A stretch of 64,000 bases of DNA from the NCBI GenBank assembly GCA_903847405.1, contig CAINDP010000034.1:27950-91949 (forward strand). The letters run 5' to 3'. The stretch's first letter is position 1. Each line of letters opens with the position of its first letter. A model generated the notes under the pieces. That model was not told the DNA's origin, ran no database searches, and saw nothing but the letters and a program-made list of their open reading frames with translations. The position numbers were made by a program, and so were the translations under genes. The DNA is from an uncultured Myxococcales bacterium. Lineage in GTDB: Bacteria > Myxococcota_A > UBA9042 > DTJE01. Of this stretch, positions 17,673 through 27,374 are shown one piece after another.

Positions 17673-19837
17673 TCCACCGCTCCCAGCTTCACGAAATCCA
17701 CGAAGAACGGGACCGCCGTGTTGCCGCCCGTGGCGCCGTGCATGGGCAACCGGTCGTCGTACCCCACCAGGATCGTCACGACTCGGCGGCCATCGGACCC
17801 GGCGAACCACGCCTCCCGCGACCGGTTCGACGTGCCCGTCTTGCCCCACGCCGGGACGGGGAGGTTCGCCGCCGCCTTCGCCGTGCCGCTGACCACGGCC
17901 TCCCGCAAGGCGCCCCGGACCCACTTCGCGATCCACTGTGGGAGGATCCGGGAGGGTCGGGAGCGGTGGGCCAGCAGCGACTTTCCGTCGGCGTCCACCA
18001 CGTCGGACACCAGGTACGGCGTGTCGTGCAGGCCGTTGGCCGCGAACACGGACATCGCGTTGGCCAGGGCCAGGGGGCTGACTTCCGCGCTGCCCAGGGC
18101 CAGGGACAGGTCGGACGGGATCCCGCCGTCCACGCCCACCGCCGTCAGCAGGTCCGCCACCAGGGCCACGCCCACCTGCGACAGGACCTTCACCGCGACG
18201 ACATTCACCGACTTCGCCAGGGCCTCGGCCAGCCCGTACTCGCGGCCGTCGTAGCCCCCTTCGTAGTTCCGGGGTGTCCAACTGCGTCCCCGCCCGCCGC
18301 GGAACGACACCGCCGTGTTGGCCACGGCAGTGTTCGCGGACAGCCCGGAGTTCAGCGCCGCGGCATACAGGAAGGGCTTCACGGTGGACCCCATGGGTCG
18401 GCGGGACTGGATCGCACGGTTGAACGGACGGGCCTCGAAGGACTCCCCTCCGACCAGGGCCAGGACCGCCCGGGTCTGGGGATCCAGCACGGCCATCGCG
18501 GCCTGGGGCCCGGGTTCGGCGTTGACCCGCGTCTCGCCGGCCGCCGCTCCGTCGGGCGTCGTGCCCGGGGCTTTCGACACGCGCAGGTCGCCGGCGCCCT
18601 TCGCGCAGACGGCGTAGGGATCGGGATGGCCCGCCAGCACCACGCGGGCCAGCGACGCCGGGTCCAGCAGCGCCCGTTCGCCCGCGGCCTCCACCTCGAT
18701 GCGTCCCAGGGCGCGATCGCACCGGACCACCCGCGCCTCCACGGCATGCGGCGCCTCGGGCAGCCCCTCGTCGTCGGACCCGTCGGTCAAAGCGTCCTCG
18801 CGGGTGGCCGCCGCCTCGTCGGCCTCCCGGGTCCGCCCGTTCGCCCACAGTCGCGACAGGCCCAGGGCCACCGCCGCCTCGGCCGCATCCGACGTCGCCA
18901 GGTCCAGCGTGGTCCCCACCGTCAGGCCGTCGTGCAACAGCCGCCCGACACCGAACAGCCGGGTCACCTCGCGCCGCACCGCGTCCACGAAGTACGGGGC
19001 CGCACCCAGCCGCGAATCCTCCCGGGCCCACAGGCGCACCGGGGCTGCGGCCGCCCGCTCCGCGTCGTCCACCTTGGCGTACCCCAGCTCCACCATGCGC
19101 CGCAGCACGTAGCGCCGACGGCCCAGGGCGCCTTCGGGGTTCTTCAGGGGCGAGTTGGCCTCGGGCGCGGACACCAGCCCGGCCAGCAGCGCGGCTTCGC
19201 CCAGGTCCAGATCCACGGCGCGCTTGCCGAACCAGAACCGGGCGGCCTCCTCGAACCCGTACCGCCCGGCGCCCAGGTACACCTCGGTCAGGTACATCGC
19301 GAGGATCTCGTCCTTGGAACGGGACGCCTCCAGGCGGCGCGCCAGCAGCAGTTCCTTGAACTTCCGCTGCCAGGTCCGCTCGGGCCCCAGCAGGACCTGC
19401 TTGACCACCTGCTGCGTCAGCGTGGAGCCGCCCTGGGCAACGCGCCCCTTCCAGAGGTTGACCATCATCGCCCGGGCGATGCCCCCGTACGACAGGCCTT
19501 CGTGCGTCCGGAAGTCGGCGTCCTCGGCGGCCAGGATCGCGTTTTCAACCAGCGGCGGGATCCGGTCGGGGCTCATCAGGGTGCGGCGCTCGGTGAAGAA
19601 CTCGGCGATGACCGTGCCGTCGGCCGCCAGCACGCGGCTGACCTTCGGCACCGCCCGGGCGTATTCCTCGAAGGTGGGGACGTCCGGCAGGCGGGACTCG
19701 ACCAGGGCGACGACGACCGTCACCGCCGCCAGGCCCAGGATCGCGCCCGCCGCGACGACGCCCAGGGCGATCGTGAACGACCGCCACCCACTGCCGCCCC
19801 GCGACCGCCTCCGCTTCGGAACCTTTCGACCCGCCAT
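17669..19837 (-). CDS. Class A penicillin-binding protein (PBP1A-like)
   Basis: Transglycosylase motifs EDADF, QGGSTLTQQ and RKFKE; transpeptidase motifs STVK, SVN and KTG. Confidence 0.93.
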   Translation of the reverse strand: MAGRKVPKRRRSRGGSGWRSFTIALGVVAAGAILGLAAVTVVVALVESRLPDVPTFEEYARAVPKVSRVLAADGTVIAEFFTERRTLMSPDRIPPLVENAILAAEDADFRTHEGLSYGGIARAMMVNLWKGRVAQGGSTLTQQVVKQVLLGPERTWQRKFKELLLARRLEASRSKDEILAMYLTEVYLGAGRYGFEEAARFWFGKRAVDLDLGEAALLAGLVSAPEANSPLKNPEGALGRRRYVLRRMVELGYAKVDDAERAAAAPVRLWAREDSRLGAAPYFVDAVRREVTRLFGVGRLLHDGLTVGTTLDLATSDAAEAAVALGLSRLWANGRTREADEAAATREDALTDGSDDEGLPEAPHAVEARVVRCDRALGRIEVEAAGERALLDPASLARVVLAGHPDPYAVCAKGAGDLRVSKAPGTTPDGAAAGETRVNAEPGPQAAMAVLDPQTRAVLALVGGESFEARPFNRAIQSRRPMGSTVKPFLYAAALNSGLSANTAVANTAVSFRGGRGRSWTPRNYEGGYDGREYGLAEALAKSVNVVAVKVLSQVGVALVADLLTAVGVDGGIPSDLSLALGSAEVSPLALANAMSVFAANGLHDTPYLVSDVVDADGKSLLAHRSRPSRILPQWIAKWVRGALREAVVSGTAKAAANLPVPAWGKTGTSNRSREAWFAGSDGRRVVTILVGYDDRLPMHGATGGNTAVPFFVDFVKLGAVE

Positions 19838-19928
19838 CCGGACCTCCCGGCGGCCGACGATACCACCTGCGACGACCGCACGCCCACGGGACGCTGCGGT
19901 GACGCCCCAGGGTCCGAAAATGGGGAGA

Positions 19929-20090
19929 AAATGGGGACAGACACCGATTATTCAAGGTCCGGACGTGGTCTGTCAGTACAAGGACTTGCGGAACCCGCGC
20001 GGAAGAAGGGGACAGCCTCCTCCTTCCAGGGGCATCAGGGGTTGAGCGTGGGAACGGGGACTTGCAGAGAATCGGTGTCTGTCCCCATTT
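19929..20090. repeat. 162-bp element bounded by a perfect 21-bp inverted repeat (REPIN/MITE-like)
   Basis: aaatggggacagacaccgatt at 19929-19949 and its exact reverse complement at 20070-20090. Confidence 0.8.
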
Positions 20091-20127
20091 CCCCCGGCGT
20101 GGCCGCCCCAGTCCGCCCCCCCGTCCG

Positions 20128-20156
20128 TTGACCCTCACCCGGGTTCCGGCTAGCAT
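20128..20156 (+). promoter_or_regulatory. Sigma70-like promoter of folD
   Basis: TTGACC-17 bp-TAGCAT upstream of a GGAGG RBS and the ATG at 20184. Confidence 0.55.
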
Positions 20157-20183
20157 TCGCCCGTCTTTCCACCGGAGGTCCCC

Positions 20184-21050
20184 ATGCCCGCCCAGGTCAT
20201 CGACGGGAAGGCCATCGCCGCCCAGGTCCGCAACGAGGTCCGCATGGCCGTGGACCGCCTGAAGGCCCAGGGCGTGACGCCCGGCCTGCACGTGGTCCTC
20301 GTGGGGGACGATCCCGCATCGGCCGTGTACGTCCGCAACAAGGGCAAGGCCTCCGAGGAAGTCGGCATCGCCGGCGTGACCCATCACCTGCCGGCCGAAA
20401 CGTCCGAGGCGGACCTGCTGGTGCTGCTGCGCGAACTGAACGCGTCACCGGGCGTGGATGGCGTGCTGGTCCAGTTGCCCTTGCCGAAGCACATCGACGC
20501 CAACCGGATCACCGACGCCCAGGACGCCGCCCGGGACGTGGACGGCTTCCACCCGGTGAACCTGGGCCTGCTGCTGTCCGGCCGCGACGGCCTGGTCGCC
20601 TGCACGCCCGCCGGCTGCATGCGCCTGATCGATTCGACGGGCATCGATCTGGCGGGCAAGCGCGCCGTGGTCGTGGGCCGCAGCCTGATCGTGGGCAAGC
20701 CCATGGCCCTGCTGCTGATGCAGCGCAACGCCACGGTCACGGTCTGCCATTCGCGCACGCAGGACCTCAAGACCCGCGTGTCCGAGGCCGACATCGTCGT
20801 CGCCGCCATCGGCAAGGCCCGCATGATCAAGGGCGACTGGATCAAGCCCGGCGCGGTCGTCATCGACGTGGGCATGAACCGGGGCGACGACGGCAAACTG
20901 TGCGGCGACGTGGACTACGCCGCGGCCGCCGAGCACGCCGGCTTCATCACGCCCGTCCCCGGCGGCGTGGGCCCCATGACCATCGCCTTCCTGCTGCGGA
21001 ACACGGTCCTGGCCTGCGCGGCCCGCCGCGGCCTGTCCAACCCGTTCTGA
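20184..21050 (+). CDS. folD: Bifunctional methylenetetrahydrofolate dehydrogenase/cyclohydrolase
   Basis: [27 protein letters not shown] and [11 protein letters not shown] motifs. Confidence 0.96.
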   Translation: MPAQVIDGKAIAAQVRNEVRMAVDRLKAQGVTPGLHVVLVGDDPASAVYVRNKGKASEEVGIAGVTHHLPAETSEADLLVLLRELNASPGVDGVLVQLPLPKHIDANRITDAQDAARDVDGFHPVNLGLLLSGRDGLVACTPAGCMRLIDSTGIDLAGKRAVVVGRSLIVGKPMALLLMQRNATVTVCHSRTQDLKTRVSEADIVVAAIGKARMIKGDWIKPGAVVIDVGMNRGDDGKLCGDVDYAAAAEHAGFITPVPGGVGPMTIAFLLRNTVLACAARRGLSNPF

Positions 21051-21092
21051 CCGCCCTCCCCTCGCGGCATTCCACCGGCAGGAACACGGCGC

Positions 21093-21145
21093 TTCGTCCA
21101 CCTCGACGTCCACGTCCACATGCACGTCCGCGTCGAGGTCCACGA
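21093..21145. repeat. Intergenic GTSSAC-hexamer element, copy 2
   Basis: Same hexamer order as 10914-10960, with one extra unit and a few substitutions. Confidence 0.8.
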
Positions 21146-21270
21146 TGTCGGCTGCACGGCCCAGGCGGCCGGCGAGTCGATCGCCGACGAAGGCCCGAGG
21201 TTCTTTTGCCTTGACTCGCGCGGGAGGTTCCTGTATTCGGTGCCCCGGACCGCTCTGGGAGTCTGCAATC

Positions 21271-22371
21271 GTGAGTTCACACGCCGACGCCAGGAAGACC
21301 TTCCTGTACGACGAACATATCAAGGCCGGCGGCAAGATGGTGCCCTTCGCCGGGTACTGGATGCCCGTCCAGTTTGAAGGGATCGCGGCCGAGCACCACA
21401 GGGTCCGCACCAAGGTCGGCCTGTTCGACGTCAGCCACATGGGCGAGGTTCTGTTCCGGGGCCCCCGTGCCCTGTCGGTGGTCCAGCGCATCACGACCAA
21501 CAACGTCGGCACCGTTTCCCCGGGGAAGGCGGTCTACACCCCCGTCTGCCTGCCCACGGGCGGCATCGTCGACGACATGATCTTCTACAAGGTGTCGGAC
21601 ACCGAGTGGTTCGTCTGCGTCAACGCATCCAACAAGGACAAGGATTTCCAGTGGTTCGTCCGCCAGGCGGAAGGCGAGTGCGAAGTGCTGGACCTGTCCG
21701 AGCAGTACTCGCAGGTCGCGGTCCAGGGCCCGAACGGCCCGGCCCTGCTGGCCCGCATCTTCGGCGACGACGTCCTGGGCATGAAGCCGTTCACCTTCGT
21801 CAAGAAGGACTTCCAGGGCGCCGAGGTCATCCTGGCCACCACCGGCTACACCGGCGAGAAGGGCGGCGAAATCTACGTCCCGAACGCGGTGGTCGCCGAC
21901 CTGTGGCGCACGCTGCTGGCGAAGGGCGAGGATCTGGGCGTGGCCCCGATCGGCCTGGGAGCCCGGGATTCCCTGCGCCTGGAAATGAAGTACTGCCTGT
22001 ACGGCAACGACATCGACGAAACGACCACCCCGGTCGAAGCGGGCCTGTCCTGGACCGTGAAGTTCGACAAGGGCGACTTTGTCGGCCGCGACGTGCTGGT
22101 CCGCCAGCGCGACGAGGGCTGCAGCCGGTCGCTGGTCGCGTTCGTGGTCGAAGGCAAGGGCATTCCGCGCCACGGCTACCCGGTCCTGGCGGGCGATCGC
22201 GAGATCGGCCACGTCACGTCGGGCACGCTGTCCCCCACCCTGGGAATCGCGGTCGGCATGGCGTACGTCGCCAGGCCCAACGACGAGATCGGTTCGAAGC
22301 TCACGATTGATATCAAGGGTTTGAGGAAGGTCGAGGCGCGGGTGGTACAGTCCCCGCTGGTGAAGCGTTAG
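21271..22371 (+). CDS. gcvT: Glycine cleavage system T protein
   Basis: GTG start after GGAG; FAGYWMPVQF, LFDVSHMGE, TGYTGEKGGE and GLGARDSLRLE motifs. Confidence 0.95.
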   Translation: MSSHADARKTFLYDEHIKAGGKMVPFAGYWMPVQFEGIAAEHHRVRTKVGLFDVSHMGEVLFRGPRALSVVQRITTNNVGTVSPGKAVYTPVCLPTGGIVDDMIFYKVSDTEWFVCVNASNKDKDFQWFVRQAEGECEVLDLSEQYSQVAVQGPNGPALLARIFGDDVLGMKPFTFVKKDFQGAEVILATTGYTGEKGGEIYVPNAVVADLWRTLLAKGEDLGVAPIGLGARDSLRLEMKYCLYGNDIDETTTPVEAGLSWTVKFDKGDFVGRDVLVRQRDEGCSRSLVAFVVEGKGIPRHGYPVLAGDREIGHVTSGTLSPTLGIAVGMAYVARPNDEIGSKLTIDIKGLRKVEARVVQSPLVKR

Positions 22372-22388
22372 GGCGAAGGGAGGGCACG

Positions 22389-22790
22389 ATGTCGGTCCCC
22401 AAGGACTACCGGTACACAGAGAGCCACGAGTGGGTGCGGATCGAGGAGGACAACGTCGTCACGATCGGCATCACCGACTACGCGCAGGAAAAGCTGGGCG
22501 ACATCGTCAGCATCGATCTGCCCCGCGTCGGCGATGAAGTCGAGCGCGGCGAGCCGATCGGCATGATCGATTCGCAGAAGGCGTCGACCGAGGTCTTCGC
22601 GCCCGTCAGCGGCGTGGTCCTCGAGGTCAACGAGCTGCTGAACGACGATCCGGCCGTGATCAACACGGACCCCTACGAAGAGGGTTGGCTGGTCCGGATC
22701 GAGGTCGAGGACGTCGAGCAGATCGACGAGCTCCAGAGCGCGGACGACTACGAGGAACTGCTGGGCAAGCTGGACGACGAAGAGGGCTGA
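22389..22790 (+). CDS. gcvH: Glycine cleavage system H protein
   Basis: YTESHEW, GITDYAQEKLGD, lipoyl-Lys in DSQKA, and PVSG...INTDPYEEGW. Confidence 0.95.
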   Translation: MSVPKDYRYTESHEWVRIEEDNVVTIGITDYAQEKLGDIVSIDLPRVGDEVERGEPIGMIDSQKASTEVFAPVSGVVLEVNELLNDDPAVINTDPYEEGWLVRIEVEDVEQIDELQSADDYEELLGKLDDEEG

Positions 22791-22848
22791 AGCCCCCGTT
22801 CCCGCTTCGCGCCCGGTTCCCCCGTCCCTCGGCAAGGAGCACCACGTC

Positions 22849-24174
22849 ATGGACTTCACCCCGCATACGGATGCCGAAGTCGCCGAAATGCTGAAGGTCA
22901 TCGGCGTCCCGACGATCGACGACCTGTTCCAGGCGATTCCGGAAATCTTCCAGATCACGACCCCGTTGGCCCTGCCGCCTGCGCTGGACGAGGCCCAGGT
23001 GCTGACGTACGTCCGCGACCTCGCGGCCAAGAACGCAGGCGCCAGCGCCCTGTCGTTCCTGGGCGCCGGGGCCTATGACCATTACGTGCCCGCCGCCGTG
23101 CACCACCTGACGTCGCGGGGCGAGTTCCTGACCACGTACACGCCCTACCAGCCCGAAGTGTCCCAGGGGACGCTGCAGGCCCAGTTCGAGTACCAGACCA
23201 TGGTCGCCTCCCTGCTGGGCATGGACGTGGCCAACGCGTCGATGTACGAGGGTTCCACGGGATGCGCCGAGGCCGCCCTGATGGCCGTGCGGCACACGCG
23301 TCGCCCGAAGGTGGCCGTGTCCCGGGCGGTCCACCCCCAGTACCGCGACGTCCTGCGCACCTACCTGGGCAACGACGCCATCGTGGAAGTGCCCTTCGAC
23401 GCGACCGGCGCGACGGACCTGGCGGCGCTGGGTGCGATCCTGGGGCCCGACGTCGGCGGCGTGGTCCTGCAGTCGCCGAACTTCCTGGGCGTGGTCGAGG
23501 ACCTGCAGGCCGCTGCCGATCTGGCCCACGGTGCCGGCGCCCTGATGATCGCCACGTTCACCGAGGCCCTGGCGTACGGCATGCTGGAAGCCCCCGGGAA
23601 CCTCGGCGCGGACCTCGCGGCCGGCGAAGGCCAGTCCCTGGGCCTGCCGCTGTCGTGGGGCGGTCCGTACATCGGTTTCTTCGCGGTCAAGCAGCCCTTC
23701 GTCAAGGGCATGCCCGGCCGCCTGATCGGCCAGACGAAGGACGTCAACGGCAAGCCCTGCTTCGCCCTGACGCTGGCCGCCCGCGAGCAGCACATCCGCC
23801 GCGAGCGCGCCTCCTCGAACATCTGCACGAACGAGGGACTGTGCGCCCTGGCGGTGGCGATCCACCTGTCGCTGCTGGGAAAGACCGGCCTGGGGCGCCT
23901 GGCCCGCTGGAACCATCACCGGGCCGAACTGCTGAAGGCGCGCATCGCCGCGCTGCCCGGCGTGTCCCTCCCGTTGTCGGGCCCGACGTTCAACGAATTC
24001 GTCGTCCGGCTGCCCGGTCCCGCCGCGGACGTCGTCGCGCGCCTGGGCCGCGACGGAATCGTCCCGGGAATCGACCTGGGCCGCTTCCTGCCTGAACGGG
24101 CGGACTGCCTGCTGATCGCGGTGACGGAGCAGCGCACCGACGCGGATTTCGATCGCCTGATTGCCTCCTTGTGA
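22849..24174 (+). CDS. gcvPA: Glycine dehydrogenase subunit 1
   Basis: FLGAGAY, YTPYQPEVSQG, NASMYEG and REQHIRRERASSNICTN motifs; 441 aa, i.e. the split form. Confidence 0.95.
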   Translation: MDFTPHTDAEVAEMLKVIGVPTIDDLFQAIPEIFQITTPLALPPALDEAQVLTYVRDLAAKNAGASALSFLGAGAYDHYVPAAVHHLTSRGEFLTTYTPYQPEVSQGTLQAQFEYQTMVASLLGMDVANASMYEGSTGCAEAALMAVRHTRRPKVAVSRAVHPQYRDVLRTYLGNDAIVEVPFDATGATDLAALGAILGPDVGGVVLQSPNFLGVVEDLQAAADLAHGAGALMIATFTEALAYGMLEAPGNLGADLAAGEGQSLGLPLSWGGPYIGFFAVKQPFVKGMPGRLIGQTKDVNGKPCFALTLAAREQHIRRERASSNICTNEGLCALAVAIHLSLLGKTGLGRLARWNHHRAELLKARIAALPGVSLPLSGPTFNEFVVRLPGPAADVVARLGRDGIVPGIDLGRFLPERADCLLIAVTEQRTDADFDRLIASL

Positions 24175-24181
24175 CCCATGC

Positions 24182-24209
24182 TTGACCTGCCCTCCCCCTC
24201 GGCTACAAT
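24182..24209 (+). promoter_or_regulatory. Sigma70-like promoter
   Basis: TTGACC-16 bp-TACAAT upstream of a GGAGG RBS and the GTG at 24241. Confidence 0.55.
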
Positions 24210-24240
24210 GCGAGGGGATCAATTTCCGTGGAGGTGGCCG

Positions 24241-24801
24241 GTGTCTGCAAGCCGTTTCACGGCCCTGTTGGGGGGGGCTGCCCTCGCCCTGCTGGTCGTC
24301 GCCTGTCAAACCAAGGACGATTTCGAGCAGTGCGCCATGACCGAAAGGGTCCAGGCAGACTGCAAGGCAGCCATCGCGGTCGGCAGCGACCAGTGCAGCG
24401 AGGCCGAGGTCTTCTGCTACGACTCGTGCGTGGTGAAGGACCATCCTCAGTGCGTCGATGGCCCCTGCGTCATGTACGAAAGCCGGTTGATTGGCGAAGT
24501 GCAGCCGGTCAACTCGGCCGAGGTGTCCTTCTGCACGATCCCCTGCCACGGGGAAACGTGCACGGCCGACGCGACCTGCCGCAAGATCCTCAGCCTGAAG
24601 ACGTCGTGCACGAAGGATCTGGAGTGCACGGCCAACTCGCCGTGGTCCCGCTGCGAAACGCCTCGTTTCTGCGAAACCAGCAGGAAGGAATGCGAAACGG
24701 CGGCGGACTGCACCGGCGAAGCGTGCCTGCCCGACGACGCGGCCGCGAAGTTCTGCACCTACAAGTTCTGCATTCCGGAAAAGTACACGCCCAGCGTCTG
24801 A
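24241..24801 (+). CDS. Cys-rich lipoprotein
   Basis: GTG after GGAGG; lipobox VVAC; Cys-rich throughout. Confidence 0.7.
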   Translation: MSASRFTALLGGAALALLVVACQTKDDFEQCAMTERVQADCKAAIAVGSDQCSEAEVFCYDSCVVKDHPQCVDGPCVMYESRLIGEVQPVNSAEVSFCTIPCHGETCTADATCRKILSLKTSCTKDLECTANSPWSRCETPRFCETSRKECETAADCTGEACLPDDAAAKFCTYKFCIPEKYTPSV

Positions 24802-24832
24802 AGGCGCATCCCCGCAGCATCAGCACCCCGGT

Positions 24833-25567
24833 TCATGGCTCGGGCATGCCCTCGATCACGACGGGCTCGGCCTGCTCGGGAAGGTGTGCGCGCCCTGAAA
24901 AGTCGATGTAGTGCCCGGACCGGGCCGCCTTGGTTTCCAGGTAGAAGCGGTTGTGGACGTTCGGCGGCATCACGTGCGGGATGCGGCCGCTCACGTGCAC
25001 GCCCAGGTCCTGCAACTGCTTCATCTTGTCGGGGTTGTTCGTCATCACCTGGACGGACTTCATGCCGAGGGTGGAGATCATGTGCGCCGCCACCGCGTAG
25101 TCGCGCTCGTCATCCCGGAAGCCCAGCGCCCGGTTCGCTTCCACGGTGTCCAGGCCCCGGTCCTGCAACGCGTAGGCACGCACCTTGTTGATCAGCCCGA
25201 TGCCGCGGCCTTCCTGGCGCAGGTACAGCACCGCGCCGCACTCCAGGGTCCCGACCTTCCGCAGCGCCGCTTCCAACTGGTCCCTGCAGTCGCACCGCAG
25301 GGACCCCAGCGCATCCCCGGTCAGGCACTCGCTGTGCATGCGGATCGGCACGTTCTCCCGGCCCACGACGTCGCCGTGGAGGATCGCCACGTGTTCCTTC
25401 CCGTCCCGGTTGTTCCAGAACGCCATGATGTGGAAGTCCCCGAAGCGCGTCGGCAGCACGGCCACGCTGACCGGGCGGACGCACAGGCGCCTCGGGCCCA
25501 GCCCCTCGCATTCGTGCTCGCGCTCGTGGGCGACGATTTCTTCCAGGTGGATCAGGGTGTCGTTCAT
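24833..25567 (-). CDS. ribA: GTP cyclohydrolase II
   Basis: RMHSECLTGDALGSLRCDC, QEGRGIGL, DERDY and TNNPDK motifs. Confidence 0.93.
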   Translation of the reverse strand: MNDTLIHLEEIVAHEREHECEGLGPRRLCVRPVSVAVLPTRFGDFHIMAFWNNRDGKEHVAILHGDVVGRENVPIRMHSECLTGDALGSLRCDCRDQLEAALRKVGTLECGAVLYLRQEGRGIGLINKVRAYALQDRGLDTVEANRALGFRDDERDYAVAAHMISTLGMKSVQVMTNNPDKMKQLQDLGVHVSGRIPHVMPPNVHNRFYLETKAARSGHYIDFSGRAHLPEQAEPVVIEGMPEP

Positions 25568-26619
25568 CCGATGGTCCTTTCGGCCAGGCGGGCCGCCAGC
25601 AGGCGCCCCGACGTCCATGCAGCCTGGACGCCGCCGCCCTCGGCAAACACCTCGCCGGCGATGCCCAGGGTTCGCCCTCCGGCGCCCTCCACCACCAGCG
25701 GTCCCGACAGTTCGTTGCCCGATTCGATCCGCCCGAACTGCCAGTGGCGCACCTGGGTCCAGGCCGGGTGAGCCACCCACTCGCCGTAAAGGCGCGCGCC
25801 TTCCGACAGCAGCGACTGCGTCCAGGAGGCCACCGGTTCCCCCGCGTGCTGCCGCGACCATCGGGCCGCCGCCTGGATCACCAGGACGGTCCACCTGGGG
25901 TCCTGCCGCTTGGCCGAATCGTGCACCACGTCCTTGAGGATCGAGGAGGTTTCCGGGAAGGCGACGTCCCACGCCGGGGCGGGCACGTCGGTGGGATACC
26001 CGGCGATCACCGTCAGGCAGGGCACGCTGGCCGCCACCATCCGCAAGAGGTGCCGGGCGCCCTCCAGTTCCAGGTCGCCCGGTGGCAGGCCGTCCACGAG
26101 GGCCAGCGTTTCTTCCGTGGCCATGGCCAGGACGACCGTTCGCGCACGCGCCGTGCCGCCACCCGCCAGGTCCAGGCGCCACAGGTCGTCCTCGGCGTGC
26201 AACCCGACCACCGTGGTCACCAGGCGTGCATCGAGGCCCGCAACCATCATCTTCGGGAAGGCCGTGACACCCTCGGCAAACGCAACGCGCCGCTCGTTCG
26301 GCGCGAAGGCATCGGGCTGGCAGGGGGCGCCCGTGCCCTCGACGCGCGAGGGCCAGCCCTCCAGGAGGGTCGCGCCCGGCACGGAGTGGAGGGCGTCCAG
26401 GAACGCCGGATCCGACCCGTGGAGGAACGCGACGCCGTGGTCGACAGGCTGGCCGTCGACGCGCCGGGTGGCGCACCGCCCGCCCACGCCGCGCCCGCGA
26501 TCCAGCAGGGTCACCGGGATGCCCCGGTGGGCAAGGTCCCGGGCGCAGGCCAATCCGGCGATACCGGCACCCACCACCAGGACACCCGGGTGGGGATCGA
26601 GCGGGAAGATTGCATTCAT
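25564..26619 (-). CDS. Renalase-like FAD/NAD(P)-dependent oxidoreductase
   Basis: VVGAGIAG, GRGVGGRCATRR, DHG and C-terminal AGE...GVQAAWTSG motifs. Confidence 0.85.
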   Translation of the reverse strand: MNAIFPLDPHPGVLVVGAGIAGLACARDLAHRGIPVTLLDRGRGVGGRCATRRVDGQPVDHGVAFLHGSDPAFLDALHSVPGATLLEGWPSRVEGTGAPCQPDAFAPNERRVAFAEGVTAFPKMMVAGLDARLVTTVVGLHAEDDLWRLDLAGGGTARARTVVLAMATEETLALVDGLPPGDLELEGARHLLRMVAASVPCLTVIAGYPTDVPAPAWDVAFPETSSILKDVVHDSAKRQDPRWTVLVIQAAARWSRQHAGEPVASWTQSLLSEGARLYGEWVAHPAWTQVRHWQFGRIESGNELSGPLVVEGAGGRTLGIAGEVFAEGGGVQAAWTSGRLLAARLAERTIG

Positions 26620-26715
26620 GACGGGATTGTGGGCCATCGGCCGGAGGAGCGCAACCGGGAACGGCGTCGGGTTCGTGATTGGAACGGGGTTTTGGGGCGG
26701 GCCGGGTGGGACGGG

Positions 26716-27345
26716 GGAGGACGTGACTTCGTGGAGGGCCGGGTCCGGGGGTGCCGGGAGAGGACGTGACTCCCTGGAGGGCCGGGTCCCGGTGGTGCCA
26801 CGGGGGACCGTTGTCCGGCCGGGGGCTCTGCCCCCGGCCGGCAACTGCCTACTCGGCGCGGGCCGTTCATTATTTCCCCCGCAAGGTGGCCCGCGCCTCC
26901 GGAGGCCCCCCCGTTGGCACCCCCGGCCCCGGCCCGCGGTTGTCCGCAGAGTTGGGCACCCCCGGACCCGGCCCGCGGTTGTCCGTCGAGGTGGGGCTCC
27001 CGGACCCGGCCCTCGGTCGTCCGTCGTGCAGGCACCCCCGGACCCGGCCCGCGATCGACCGTCGAAGTCGAACCCGGCGCCTGGGGTCGGCGGGTGCGGG
27101 AGGCGGCCGAGTGGCGGTGCCTGCGGCGCTCCAATGTTTCGGGATCAGTTTGCTGGGGGGGCTGCTTCGCTTCCTCAATGCGACATGCGACCGCGGGCCG
27201 GGTCCGGGGGTGCTCCGGAGGGGCTCCGCAGCCGGCGGTACCTTGCGGGGGCAAACACGATCCCGCCGGCGAGGACAGAGGTGCGAACGGGGGCATCGCC
27301 CCCGGGCGCACCGTCCCCGGAGGGGCACCCCCGGAACCGGCCCTC
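26716..27345. repeat. Cluster of about 8 copies of GGCACCCCCGGACCCGGCCC in both orientations
   Basis: Reverse copies near 26736, 26779 and 27195; forward copies at 26916, 26955, 26994 and 27031 (period 37-39 bp) and near 27324. Confidence 0.8.
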
Positions 27346-27374
27346 AGGGGCGGAACGCTATCAACAGCGGGCTC

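Noticed and set aside
21051-21270. Glycine riboswitch upstream of gcvT
   Set aside because: No tandem aptamer motifs are visible; the space is occupied by the hexamer element and a weak promoter-like sequence.
26916-27062. Regularly spaced direct repeats as a CRISPR array
   Set aside because: The intervening sequences are under about 10 bp, the repeats are degenerate and occur in both orientations nearby, and there are no cas genes in the window.
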